The notes below the pieces were generated by a model. That model saw only the letters and a program-made list of their open reading frames with translations, made no database searches and was not told the DNA's origin. A stretch of DNA of 64,000 nucleotides from Octopus vulgaris. Lineage: Eukaryota. The translations under genes were made by a program, and so were the position numbers. The stretch spans positions 18,104,001 through 18,168,000 of the forward strand of contig OX597829.1 in NCBI GenBank assembly GCA_951406725.2. Direction: 5' to 3'. Below, piece after piece: positions 29,093 through 41,914 of the stretch; position 1 is the stretch's first letter, and every line of letters begins with the position of its first letter.

Positions 29093-29827
29093 CTTGTTTT
29101 ATTTATATTTCCTGAGCGCCATACTAATACAATTGTTTGTTTGTTTCCCACCTGCCTTCGTCTTTTGTCTATTTTCATAAAGCTTCCCGTTATATATTAT
29201 GCGCTCACGTGGTCTCACTTTCATCCTATATTCTACCAATACCACTATCAACACTTACCTCTACCTTGGATTTTCTTTACCTCTTGGATACTTACCATTG
29301 GCTGCACCTCTCTTTCGCGGATCAAAGTGACTTTGCATTGATGTGAAATCCTTAAAAAATATACCACGACGTCTACACATTTCTAACCTTGAACTTTCAA
29401 CCTTGAACTTGTTCGCATAAACTGTCCCGTTTGTTGTATTTTTATTTTCTCATATATTACCACTTTTTTACATTCATTTCATGCTTTCCACAGTTTCCTG
29501 CATTTTTGTTCTCCTTTCCGTCTTTCTTCCCTCTCTGGATGTCCATACTCTGTTTCCTCTGCCTGCACCCCCTTTTTTTGCCTCCCCCTCTCTCTGCTTC
29601 CCTTCTTTCTTTCCCTTTTCCGTTTGCCCCGTCTTTTCTGCCCCTATCGCTTACTTATCTAGTTTTTTCATACGATTATTATTTTTTTGTTTTTTTGAAC
29701 GTTTGTTTTTTTCCCCTTTTTTTTCGCTATCCTTTTTTATCTATTTTTTTCATACGATAATTTTTTGTTTTTTGTTTTTTGTTTTTTTTTTGTTTTTTCG
29801 AACGTTTGTTTTTTTCCGCTATCCCAT

Positions 29828-32690
29828 CATGCCGGATCCTAGGTCCTACCTCCTCACCCTCCATCATCGTTTGAAGGATCATCTCCGTTCTATTCCTGTA
29901 TATTGCCTTCAGCCGTCCGTTAATCTCTCTCTACTTCTTTTTTTAAAAAACCCGCTTCTCTAGCCATGTCTCTTTCCTAAGCCGCTGCCTACATCACCGA
30001 CTCATCCCTAAAGGTTTCCGCCTCCACTTCCACCCTGCTCTCCACTCGGATTCTTCCATCTTACCCATACTCCGCACCACATCTTACCGCCTTATGCGGG
30101 CCACCATTCGCTCCAATCTCTCTAAACTACATACCATCAACCGCCTTCTTCCTCCTGCTTTCTCCACCTTCTTCTCCTCTCTGCCGCCTCTCTATGCTCC
30201 AAACACGCTACGCTTCATTATCCATTTGAATCAACTCTTCCATCAATTTCTTTCTGATACCAAACTTCGTAAACTCCAATCACTCTTCCATTCCACCCTA
30301 CCCGACGCTACTACCCCAACTCCTCCACTACCCTTCTCCCCTCCCGATAGGCTCCATCCACCCACACCTAACCCCACTGCCCCTCCCTACAACCCCTTCT
30401 CCCCTCCCGATAGGCTCCATCCACCTACACCTAACCCTACTGCCCCCCCAACCACCCCCACACACCTCCCCAATCCCTCCCCCTCAGACCTCCACGAGAC
30501 CTACCACCCCTCCTACTTCTATTCCACCCACCCCTTCTCCACTTCCGTCTGTTGTTACCATTCCCCCCGATCTTCCCCTCTCTGCGGCTGAACGCTCCGT
30601 CCTTGGTAGGGGTCTGCGTTTCATCCCCCTCACTCCATCCTGTAAGGAATTCCAGACGCGAGTTGATGTCCACAGCTTTGTGCGCCGTGTCCGGTTGGGT
30701 GCGCATTACCACGACTCGACACCCACACCCAACGAAGAGGACTGCTTCACTGGCCTGGGCCGCCGACCATCCCCGTGGACGCCTGCCCCTGGCCAGATCC
30801 TAGCAGTGGATCTTTTCGCGGGCGCCTGTCAGCGTGCATTGGAGCGGTTCAACTTCTCCAGGCGCCAACGCCGCCTCAACATCTCCCCGGCTGAGCTCTT
30901 GGCTCTTCGTTCCCTCCAACGGCGCGCTGACATTATCATCAAACCGGCTGACAAGGGTGGAGCTGTAGTGGTGTGGCGCGCGGACCTCTATAGGGCCGAG
31001 GCTTTCCGCCAACTCAATGACACCTCCTTCTACTCCCCTCTGCCCTCTAACCCCACACGTAGCTACCAACAGACGGTATCCTCTACTGTCCAAGACCTCA
31101 TCTCGTCCTCCCGTCTCCCCCACACCGCATCCAACCTAATTGTGCGAACCCCACGTACCCCCACCATTTACTTCCTCCCCAAAATCCACAAACCCAACAA
31201 CCCTGGCCGCCCCATCGTCTCCGCCTGTAACTGCCCCACGGAGCTCATCTCTAAATACCTCGACCGTGTCCTTGCCCCCCTAGTGGCATCTCTTCACTCC
31301 CACATCCACGATACCAACCATGCTCTCCGGCTTTTCAACTCTTTCTCCTTTCCTCCCGGCTCCTCCAAAATCCTTTTTACTATGGACATCCAAAGCCTCT
31401 ATACTGTTATCCCTCACCACGAAGGACTGCAGGCCCTTCGACACTTTCTTGACCTCCGCTCCAACCCTGTACCTGACACCTCCACACTCATTCGTCTGGC
31501 CGAACTTGTCCTTACTCTGAACTGCTTCTCGTTCGCGGGCGAGTTCTACCATCAGATCTCGGGAGTGGCCATGGGAACGCGAATGGGCCCCAACTATGCG
31601 AACCTGTTCGTTGGCTATGTTGAGGCCCAAATATTCTCTAATTTCACTGGTCCCACTCCTGAACTATATGGTCGTTACATTGACGACATTATCGGTGCCA
31701 CCTCACTCTCCCGTGAACATCTAGATTCCTTCCTCTCTTCGTCCAATCTTTCCATCCAGCCCTCCACTTCACTTCCACTATCTCCAACACCTCTGTCTCC
31801 TTCCTCGACATTTCGGTTAGCATTCTTCACTCCACTCTTACCACCTCCATTCACTACAAACACACAGACTCACACTCATACCTCAACTTCTCTTCCTCCC
31901 ACCCAGAACACACCAAGCTTTCCATCCCCTATTCCCAATTCCTCCGTCTACGTAGGCTCTGTAGTGACGACCATGACTTTGAGACTCAGTCTCAACGTAT
32001 GGCTCACCACTTCACCCTACGTGGATACCCCCTCACCACTATCCACACCGCCCTTGCCAGAGCACGGTCTGTGGACCGTGTATCTGCTCTCTCTCCCCGA
32101 ACCCGCCCTGTAGTCTCCCGCCTCCCTTTTCCCCTCACTTACCACCCCACGACCCTACGTTTCCAACGCACCATTCTTCGAGCTTTCCGTCATCTCCAGT
32201 CCGACCCGTCCACTTCACACCTCTTCCCTAACCGACCCCTCCCCTCTTTCAAACGAGCCCACAACCTTCGAGACCTTTTGGTCCATAGCTCCTTCCCTGA
32301 CCCTACCTCCCAACCCGGCTCGTTCCCCTGCTCCCGCCCACGTTGCCGCACTTGCCCTTACCTCTCCAACACCACCCTCATCACTAGCACCCACCATCGA
32401 CCCTATCCCATCATCCACTCCTTCACCTGCACCTCCAGCAATATTATCTATTGCGTCTCTTGCTCTCTCTGTCATTCCTTGTACATCGGACAAACGGGAC
32501 GCCGCTTGGCTGACCGGTTCGCGGAACACCTTCTTGACATCCACCTTGCGAACGACACACCGGTCTCACGCCATTTCCGCACCACCGGTCACTCCTTGCA
32601 ACACCTATCTGTGTTCGGTTTCCCGTTTGCGCCGTGAACAGGAATTAATCTTCTCTCTTCGCTCTTATACGCCATTTGGTCTCAACTCTC
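29828..32690 (+). CDS. PLE polyprotein (RT, Cys-rich linker, GIY-YIG endonuclease), frameshifted
   Basis: Motifs HVSFLSRC..LIPKGF, VLGRGLRF, IKPADKG, FLPKIHK, RPIVS, TMDIQSLY, GVAMGTRMGPNYANLF, RYIDD, CSRPRCRTC, NIIYCVSC..C..LYIGQTGR..RFAEH, PFGLN. Frameshifts near 29945, 30450-30530, 31740 and 32620. The Cys linker suggests the Neptune clade. Confidence 0.9.
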
Positions 32691-33527
32691 CCCCCTCCTC
32701 ATCTAACCCCCTGTCCCCCCTCCTCACCTATCCCCCCCGACCCCTACTTCTTCAGTCCTTCATCCTTTCACCCCTACTCCCCTTCCCTTCTTCCCTCTTT
32801 CTCCCTCCCTCCTTCCCTCTTCCCCTTCCCTCTGCTCCCTCACTCCCCTTCTCTCTCCCCCTCTCCCTCTTTCCTCCTTCCTCCTCCCCTCCTTTCTTCT
32901 CCACCTCCTCTCTCTCCCACTCCTCCCTCCTCCCCTCCCCCTCCCCCTCTTCTCCTCTCTCCACACTACACCACACGACTTTACACATCACATCATATAT
33001 GATGTGCCATACTAATACATACACCAACTAATACATACTAATACGTACTAATACATACTAATACATACTAATACATACACCAACCCTATACATACACACG
33101 TCCAGACCTCTCATACGCACTTATACTCTCTCATACACACACACACACACACTTATACATACTAATACGTACTAATACATACTAATACATACTAATACAT
33201 ACACCAACCCTATACATACGCACGTCTAGACCTCTCATACGCACTAATACTCTCTCATACACACGCACACACACATACACCCTTATACATACTAATACAT
33301 ACTAATACATACACCAACCCTATACATACACACGTCCAGACCTCTCATACGCACTAATAGCTGGTCATTCAACCCTATTATCAACCCTATTATCTCCCCT
33401 TATTTCGCTCTCGCGTCTCATGTTTGATCTTTGACCTCTGGCCGAAATCAGATCGCCATGTTGATTCGTTAGTTACTGCACGCATTTTTTCTCTCCTTCT
33501 TTCTGTGTTTTTTTTTCTCTCTGTGTA

Positions 33528-33565
33528 TCTTTCTGTTGAAGAGCGTAGGCTCGAAACGTTAAAGA
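33528..33565 (+). ncRNA. Minimal type I hammerhead motif, 3' pLTR
   Basis: Identical to 29055-29092. Confidence 0.7.
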
Positions 33566-33663
33566 CTTGTTTTATTTATATTTCCTGAGCGCCATACTAA
33601 TACAATTGTTTGTTTGTTTCCCACCTGCCTTCGTCTTTTGTCTATTTTCATAAAGCTTCCCGT

Positions 33664-33734
<71 letters not shown>

Positions 33735-33749
<15 letters not shown>

Positions 33750-33915
33750 CGCGTCTGTGTTTGTACCCTCACCATCGCTTGACAACTGATGCTGGTGTAA
33801 TCTAGCGGTTCGATAAAGAGACCGACAGAATAAGCACTAGGCTTACAAAGTCCTGGGGTCGATTTGTTCGAATAAATGCGGTGCTCCAGCATGGCCGCAG
33901 TCAAATGACTGAAAC
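33735..33915 (+). mobile_element. SINE family A 3' half
   Basis: (TG)n followed by the family A 3' body and tail. Confidence 0.85.
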
Positions 33916-34465
33916 AAAAAAAAAAGAATAAAAAGAAAAAGGAAAAACAAGTACTGTTTCTACTTCGCTGATTTTCCCCAACCGCGTGGAGGGGGGAACT
34001 TAACACCCGCGATAGTCGAGGGATTGCTGTGTACTGACAACTGCGTATGGCTTTTTAATACATTCCAGAAATTTCACAAATTCTCTTAGATCCAAATGTA
34101 GACGCAAAGAGACAGACACACTCTCTTGCCCTCCCAAACTCCACCCAGTGTATCATCCGGAATGTAGCAGGTGGAGGGAGACAAAGCGAGAAGAGCAGCG
34201 GAAGTGAGAAAGAGAAAAGGAGTGAGACAGAGGCAACGAGACAGAGAGAGAAATCTGAAGTTTTGTCCCGCTGTCTATGCTAAAGGTACGTGAACCTGTG
34301 GAGTACTCGGCCACATGCCTTCTTTGACACTACGCGGTATTGTTAACGAATGTAGGAAAGGGGAAATGAGTGGAAGGTCGTGTATATATACATACATAAA
34401 TACGAGTGTGTGTGTGTGTGTGTGCATTTGTGTGTGTGTTTGTGGACAGAGAGACAGACAGGTAG

Positions 34466-34522
<57 letters not shown>

Positions 34523-34694
34523 GATAGATAGGTAGATAAGTAGGTAAATAGGTAGATAGGTAGATAGATTTCTTTATTGGCCATGCAGGGCTAGATACAG
34601 AAGGGGCACAAAACAAAGTAGAGCCTTCCTTTTTGGAAAGAAGAGAAGGGAAGAAATAAAAAAAGGGGGCGAATTCCGATCAAAAGGAATCATG

Positions 34695-37600
34695 AAAAGA
34701 AAGAAAGAAAGCAAGAGCAAGCAAGAAAGCAAGCAAGCAAGCAAGCATGAAAGCAAGCAAGCAAGAAAGAAAGCAAGAAAGGAAGCAAGCAAGAAAGCAA
34801 GAAAGCAAGAAAGCAAGCAGAAAGCAACAAATCAAGAAAGCAAGAAAGCACGAAAGCAATCAAGCAAGAAAGCAAGCAGGAAAGCAAGAAAGCACGAAAG
34901 CAAGCAAGCAAGAAAGCAAGAAAACAAGGAAGCAAGAAAGCAAGCAAGAAAGCAAGCAAGGTAGCAAGAAAGCAAGCAAGAAAGCAAGCAAGAAAGCAAG
35001 AAAGCAAGAAAGCAAACAAGCAAGAAAGCAAGCAAGAAAGCAAGCAAGAAAGCAAGCAAGCAAGAAAGCAAACAAGCAAGAAAGCAAGCAAGAAAGCAAG
35101 CAAGAAAGCAAGCAAGGGAGCAAGAAAGCAAGCAAGAAAGCAAGCAAGAAAGCAAGCAAGAAAGCAAGCAAGGGAGCAAGAAAGCAAGCAAGAAAGCAAG
35201 CAAGAAAGCAAGCAAGAAAGCAAGAAAGCAAGAAAGCAAGCAAGCAGAAAGCAACAAATCAAGCAAGCAAGAAAGCAAGAAAGCAAGCAAGAAAGCAAGC
35301 AAGAAAGCAAGCAAGAAAGAAAGCAAGAAAGCAAGCAAGAAGCAAGAAAGCAAGCAAGAAAGAAACAAAAGAAAGAAAGCAAGAAAGCAAGAAAGCAAGC
35401 AAGAAAGCAAGCAAGAAAGCAAGCAAGAAAGCAAGCAAGAAAGCAAGCAAGAAAGCAAGAAAGCAAGCAAGAAAGAAAGAAAGCAAGAAAGAAAGAAAAG
35501 AAAGAAAGAAAGAAAGAAAACAGGAAAGCAAGAAAGCACGAAAGCAAGCAAGCAAGCAAGAAAGCAAGAAAACAAGGAAGCAAGAAAGCAAGCAAGAAAG
35601 AAACAAAAGAAAGAAAGCAAGAAAACAAGAAAGCACGAAAGCAAGCAAGCAAGAAAGCAAGCAAGAAAGCAAGGAAAGAAAGAAAGAAAACATGAAAGCA
35701 AGCAAAGCAAGAAAGCAAGCAAGAAAGCAAGCAAGAAAGCAAGCAAGCAAGCAAGAAAGCAAGCAAGCAAGCAAGAAAGCAAGCAAGAAGAAAGCAAGCA
35801 AGAAAGCAAGCAAGAAAGCAAGAAAGCAAGCAAGAAAGCAAGCAAGAAAGCAAGAAAGCAAGCAAGAAAGCAAGAAAGCAAAGAAAGCAAGCAAGAAAGC
35901 AAGCAAGAAAGCAAGAAAGAAAGCAAGAAAGAAAGCAAGCAAGAAAGCAAGAAAGAAAGCAAAAAAAAAAAGAAAGGGAGCAAGAAAGCAAGAAAGCAAG
36001 CACGAAAGCAAGAAAGCAAGAAAGAAAGCAAGCAAGAAAGCAAGCAAGCACGCAAGCAAGAAAGCAAGAAAGCATGCAAGAAAGCAAGCAAGCAAGAAAG
36101 CAAGCAAGCAAGCAAGAAAGCAAGCAAGAAAGAAAGCCAAGCAAGAAAGCAAGAAAGAAAGAAAGTTAGCAAGAAAGCAAGCAAGAAAGCAAACAAGCAA
36201 GAAAGCAAGCAAGAAAGCAAGCAAGAGCAAGAAAGCAAGCAAGAAAGCAAGCAAGAAAGCAAGCAAGCAAGAAAGCAAGAAAGCAAGCAAGCAGAAAGCA
36301 ACAAATCAAGCAAGCAAGAAAGCAAGCAAGAAAGCAAACAAGCAAGAAAGCAAGCAAGAAAGCAAGCAAGAAAGCAAGCAAGGGAGCAAGAAAGCAAGCA
36401 AGAAAGCAAGAAAGCAAGCAGGAAAGCAAGAAAGCAAGAAAGCAAGAAAGCAAGCAAGAAAGCAAGCAAGAAAGCAAGCAAGAAAGCAAGCATGAAAGCA
36501 AGAAAGCAAGAAAGCAAGAAAGCAAGCAAGAAAGCAAGCAAGAAAGCAAGCAAGAAAGCAAGCATGAAAGCAAGCAAGATAACAAGAAAGCACGAAAGCA
36601 AGCAAGCAAGAAAGCAAGCAAGAAAGAAACAAAAGAAAGAAAGAAAGAAAGAAAACAGGAAAGCAAGAAAGCACGAAAGCAAGCAAGCAAGCAAGCAAGA
36701 AAGCAAGCAAGAAAGCAAGCAAGAAAGCAAGCAAGAAAGCAAGCAAGAAAGCAAGAAAGCAAGCAAGAAAGCAAGAAAGCAAGCAAGAAAGCAAGCAAGA
36801 AAGCAAGCAAGCAAGAAAGCAAGAAAGCAAGCAAGAAAGCAAGCAAGAAAGAAACAAAAGAAAGAAAGCAAGAAAGAAAGAAAGCAAGCAAGAAAGCAAG
36901 AAAGCAAGAAAGCAAGAAAGCAAGCAAGAAAGCAAGCAAGAAAGCAAGCAAGGGAGCAAGAAAGCAAGCAAGAAAGTAAGAAAGCAAGCAGGAAAGCAAG
37001 AAAGCAGGCAAGAAAGCAAGCAAGAAAGCAAGCAAGAAAGCAAGCAAGAAAGCAAGCATGAAAGCAAGAAAGCATGCAGGAAAGCAAGAAAGCAAGCAAG
37101 AAAGCAAGCAAGAAAGCAGGCAAGAAAGCAAGCAAGAAAGCAAGCATGAAAGCAAGCAAGATAAAAAGAAAGCAGGCAAGAAAGCAAGCAAGCAAGAAAG
37201 CAAGCAAGAAAGCAAGAAAGCAAGAAAGAAAGCAAGAAAGAAAGCAAGCAAGAAAGCAAGCAAGAAAGCAAGCAAGAAAGCAAGCAAGCACGCAAGCAAG
37301 CAATAAAGCAAGAAAGCAAGCAAGAAAGCAAGCATGCAAGCAAGCAAGAAACAAGCAAGAAAGCAAGCAAGCAAGAAAGCAGGCAAGAAAGCAAGCAAGA
37401 AAGCAAGCAAGGGAGCAAGAAAGCAAGCAAGAAAGCAAGCAAGAAAGCAAGCAAGAAAGCAAGAAAGCAAGCAAGCAGAAAGCAACAAATCAAGCAAGCA
37501 AGCAAGAAAGCAAACAAGCAAGAAAGCAAGCAAGAAAGCAAGCAAGGGAGCAAGAAAGCAAGCAAGAAAGCAAGCAAGAAAGCAAGAAAGCAAGCAGGAA

Positions 37601-38870
37601 AGCAAGAAAGCAGGCAAGAAAGCAAGCAAGAAAGCAAGCAAGAAAGCAAGCAAGAAAGCAAGCAAGAAAGCATGCAAGCAAGAAAGCAAGAAAGAAAGCA
37701 AGAAAGAAAGGGAGCAAGAAAGCAAGAAAGCAAGCAAGAAAGCAAGAAAGCAAGAAAGAAAGCAAGCAAGAAAGCAAGCAAGCACGCAAGCAAGAAAGCA
37801 AGAAAGCATGCAAGAAAGCAAGCAAGCAAGAAAGCAGGCAAGAAAGCAAGCAAGAAAGCAAGCAAGAAAGAAAGGGAGCAAGAAAGCAAAAAAGAAAGAA
37901 AGGGAGCAAGAAAGCAAGCAAGAAAGCAAACAAGCAAGAAAGCAAGCAAGAAAGCAAGCAAGGGAGCAAGAAAGCAAGCAAGAAAGCAAGCAAGAAAGCA
38001 AGCAAGAAAGCAAGAAAGCAAGCAAGCAAGAAAGCAACAAATCAAGCAAGCAAGAAAGCAAGCAAGAAAGCAAACAAGCAAGAAAGCAAGCAAGAAAGCA
38101 AGCAAGAAAGCAAGCAAGCAAGCAAGAAAGCAAGCAAGAAAGCAAGAAAGCAAGCAGGAAAGCAAGAAAGCAGGCAAGAAAGCAAGCAAGAAAGCAAGCA
38201 AGAAAGCAAGCAAGAAAGCAAGCATGAAAGCAAGAAAGCATGCAGGAAAGCAAGAAAGCAAGCAAGAAAGCAGGCAAGAAAGCAAGCAAGAAAGCAAGCA
38301 TGAAAGCAAGCAAGATAACAAGAAAGCAGGCAAGAAAGCAAGCAAGCAAGAAAGCAAGCAAGAAAGCATGCAAGCAAGAAAGCAAGAAAGAAAGCAAGAA
38401 AGAAAGGGAGCAAGAAAGCAAGAAAGTAAGCAAGAAAGCAAGAAAGCAAGAAAGAAAGCAAGCAAGAAAGCAAGCAAGCACGCAAGCAAGCAAGAAAGCA
38501 AGAAAGCAAGCAAGAAAGCAAGCATGCAAGCAAGCAAGAAAGCAAGCAAGAAAGCAAGCAAGCAAGAAAGCAGGCAAGAAAGCAAGCAAGAAAGCAAGCA
38601 AGCAAGAAAGGGAGCAAGAAAGCAAGAAAGAAAGAAAGGGAGCAAGAAAGCAAGAAAGCAAGAAAGCAAGAAAGCAAGCAAGAAAGCAAGCAAAAGCAAG
38701 CAAGCAAGCAAGAAAGCAAGCAAGAAAGCAAGCAAGCAAAGCAAGCAATAAAGCAAGCAAGAAAGCAAGCAAGCAAGAAAGAAAGGGAGCAAGAAAGCAA
38801 GAAAACGAGCAAGCAAGAAAACGAGCAAGAAAGCAAGAGGGAAAGCAAGAAAGAATGCGAGAATGCAAGC
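34695..38870. repeat. ~4.2 kb (GCAA/GAAA) compound satellite
   Basis: Dominant 12-mer GCAAGCAAGAAA with recurring variant words. Confidence 0.97.
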
Positions 38871-38911
38871 AAGACAGACAGACAGACAGACAGGCAGACA
38901 GACAGACAGAC

Positions 38912-38983
<72 letters not shown>

Positions 38984-38985
<2 letters not shown>

Positions 38986-40380
38986 ATTTCTTTTTTGGCC
39001 ACACAGGGCTAAACACAGAGGGGACAATAACAATGTTTAGTTTTTTTTCTTTTTGAGGTGGGCGAAAACAAAGTAAATAATTAGGGACAACGCTCAAAAT
39101 GGTTCGAAATCGTTGGGGATATATGCAAAAAATGTCGAAATAGTACTAAAAGTTCCCAAGAAATGGGGAGGTTTATCTGTGAAAAGAAAAACCTACGAAA
39201 AGAACACAGTAACCTCGGGCAATTACGTCAGATATTAACATTTATTTAGAAATAAGTAACTCTCTGTATTAAATATTTTTACGGTTCATAGGATTATGCT
39301 CAATGTGGCTTCGTCATTCATTCGTGCCATCTTTGCTACATTACCCATCTTTTTGGGGAACAGTCGCTAGACAAAACTTGCCTCTCTACTCTCACATCCT
39401 TTTCAAGTGATACTTGAAGAAGTTGATGAGAGATTGACCAGAGAGGAAATTGTTTGTCTCCAATCTTTTCAGACGCGTCCACCAGATACATTCTTTCTCC
39501 ATAACCCCAAGAATGATGAAAATAGCTCTTCCTTCCCGTTTGAAAGAAGGAGGCGTAACAATATTGACGATAGACTAGGCTGATAAACCGACTCATCCCA
39601 CACGTGACAGCAGTCGTTAGACATAAGCCCACAGGTCGGAAATTGTTGGACACCGCACGAGCGCGTGCAGAACGGTTTCGTCGCTCTGACGGCATCTCGG
39701 GTAGGTCGGCCACGTGTTTCTCGAGCCGTGTCTGTAGAGCTAATCCCGAACGGGTAGCGCTCCTCGGTAGCATTGCCAGGCCAGGGATCTCCGGAAGTTG
39801 TCCATTAGCCCTGGCCCGAAAGTCGTCCTGAACAGGTGGGTCAGGTATTCCTCGTCGACGTCCAGGTTCGCTCCAAGATCGTCGTCGTACCTCCCATCCA
39901 CTAATCCCTGATAGAATGCTTTGGTTGTGTTGAAGTCACTCAAGGTCGACCCGGGACGGCAGAGTTGCTTGAGAGCAATGCGACACTCGCGGTGCCATTC
40001 GCCCTTCCTCGGCCTCTTTTTGATCCACGACTGCAGTTCGGTCATGGAGACGAGCTGCGGGAAAGCGTGCCTCACAAACGGCGACCACACCTGTTCACCG
40101 TCGTCTACGAAGAGCCGGAGATGTCACAGTCTCAGCGCGTGTCTGCGCATCATCAACCATGGCATACCCAGCCCTCCTTTTAACGGGTGTTAACAGCAAA
40201 TGGATCGCCTGACCATCGAGACGCATCCTTTCCACAAGAAGCGAAAGTGAATGCGTTCTAGTTTGGTGATGGTAGGGTCGGGACAATCCACGACGGTCAG
40301 GCGGTAGTAGATGATGGACGCGATGTACGAGTTCGCCACCTCCGCCCGACCTTTTAGGGACAGTTTCCTCTCGGCCCATT
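38984..40380 (-). mobile_element. 5'-truncated Tx1/L1-clade LINE inserted in (GATA)n
   Basis: Peptides WAERKLSLKGRAEVANSYIASIIYY, FLWKG, GGLGM, AWQCYRGALPVRD and CPRC..ETVLHAL; U-rich 3' UTR; (GATA)n on both sides. Confidence 0.85.
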
Positions 40381-40411
<31 letters not shown>

Positions 40412-40552
40412 GCATGTTTCCATCTACGCACCTGTGTGGGTGTGCGTACCTTTGTGATTGCACCCGTGCCACATGAAAACCGTTACACACACACACACAT
40501 ATTCACACACACACGTGCACAAACTCGTACACACACACATATATATCATGTG

Positions 40553-40604
<52 letters not shown>

Positions 40605-41011
40605 TTGCGTACAGAGTTTTTCTGCTCATCGTCCCATATGAGAGTGCGTGGTATTTGTGCATGCGTGTGTGTGTGGAGGGGGGGTACGTGTGGTCTATGT
40701 CTACGTGTGCACTACAGACCGACTTGCTTTTTGTGTAATAACATCTTCTAAGCTATTGTTTCCATAAGCACGCGTCTGCGTATGAGCCAGACAAATTCAA
40801 AACGGATATTAGTTGGCGGGTGAGGGAGGGAGGGGGGGGGGAGAATTGTATTGAAGAATTACAAATGAGAAGGCGTTCAATGGTGTCTTTTTTTTTCATT
40901 GTTATTATTTCTATATCCAAAAGACATAGGTTTATAAAAGCTTTTACAAATACACCCCTTACCCAACCTCACATTTTCTCTTTTTCTACAATCACACAAT
41001 CACTCACACAT

Positions 41012-41048
<37 letters not shown>

Positions 41049-41103
41049 CACATGTATATGCTTATTCATACATATATCTTACACTATATATATATATATT
41101 TTA

Positions 41104-41138
<35 letters not shown>

Positions 41139-41255
41139 CATGTATATGCGCGTCTGTGCATGTATGTATGCATGTATATATATATATATTAATAGATACA
41201 CACACACACACACACACATATATGTGTGTATGTATATATGTGTTTGTATGTATTT

Positions 41256-41315
<60 letters not shown>

Positions 41316-41663
41316 GTAGGTAGGTAGGTAGGTAGGTAGGTAGGTAGGTAGGTAGGTAGGCAGGCAGGTAGGCAGGTAGACAGACAAACAGACAGACAGA
41401 CAGGCAGACAGACAGATAGCTGTATATCTGTATATGTAAATATTCAGGGAGAGAGAGAAAGATCTTGCCTGTATTAATTTAGTTCTTCTGTGGTTTCGGA
41501 GTGTTTTGATTCCTATCTTCAGCAAAGCAGGTACTTATAAGTACCCTATTACATATAATAATATTTCTATATTTCATATATATTGATTGATTTTGCCTAT
41601 TCGGCTTTTATGACTGCGGCCACTAACGTTATTTTTTTATAAATGATAATGTTCTTATATATA

Positions 41664-41897
41664 TGTTGATTCGCTAGCCTCTGCACGCATTTTTTTTCTC
41701 TCCTTCTTTCTGTGTTTCTTCTCTGTATATCTTTCTGTTGAAGAGCGTAGGCTCGAAACGTTAAAGACTTGTTTTATTTATATTTCCTGAGCGCCATACT
41801 AATACAATTGTTTGTTTGTATTCCACCTGCCTTCGTCTTTTGTTTATTTCCGTAAACCTGCCTTCGTCTTTTGTCTATTTTCATAAAGCTTCCCGTT
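41664..41897 (+). mobile_element. PLE pLTR 3' end fragment with HHR (41730-41767)
   Basis: Near-identical to 33459-33663; ends CTTCCCGT followed by TATATA. Confidence 0.85.
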
Positions 41898-41914
41898 ATA
41901 TATATATATATATA

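Larger units (their letters stand above)
28117..33663 (+). mobile_element. Penelope-like retroelement, near full length, with direct pseudo-LTRs (28117-29190 and 32649-33663)
   Basis: The two ~1.05 kb direct repeats include the ORF 3' end, 3' UTR and HHR; RT + GIY-YIG ORF between them; ends at (TA)n. Confidence 0.95.

Noticed and set aside
28117-33663. LTR retrotransposon
   Set aside because: No TG..CA ends, PBS, gag or integrase; the repeats include the ORF 3' end and the enzymes are PLE-type.
34690-39097. Protamine/histone H1-like (KKAS/KQAR) and hydrophobic ORFs
   Set aside because: Satellite artefact, open on both strands and in multiple frames.
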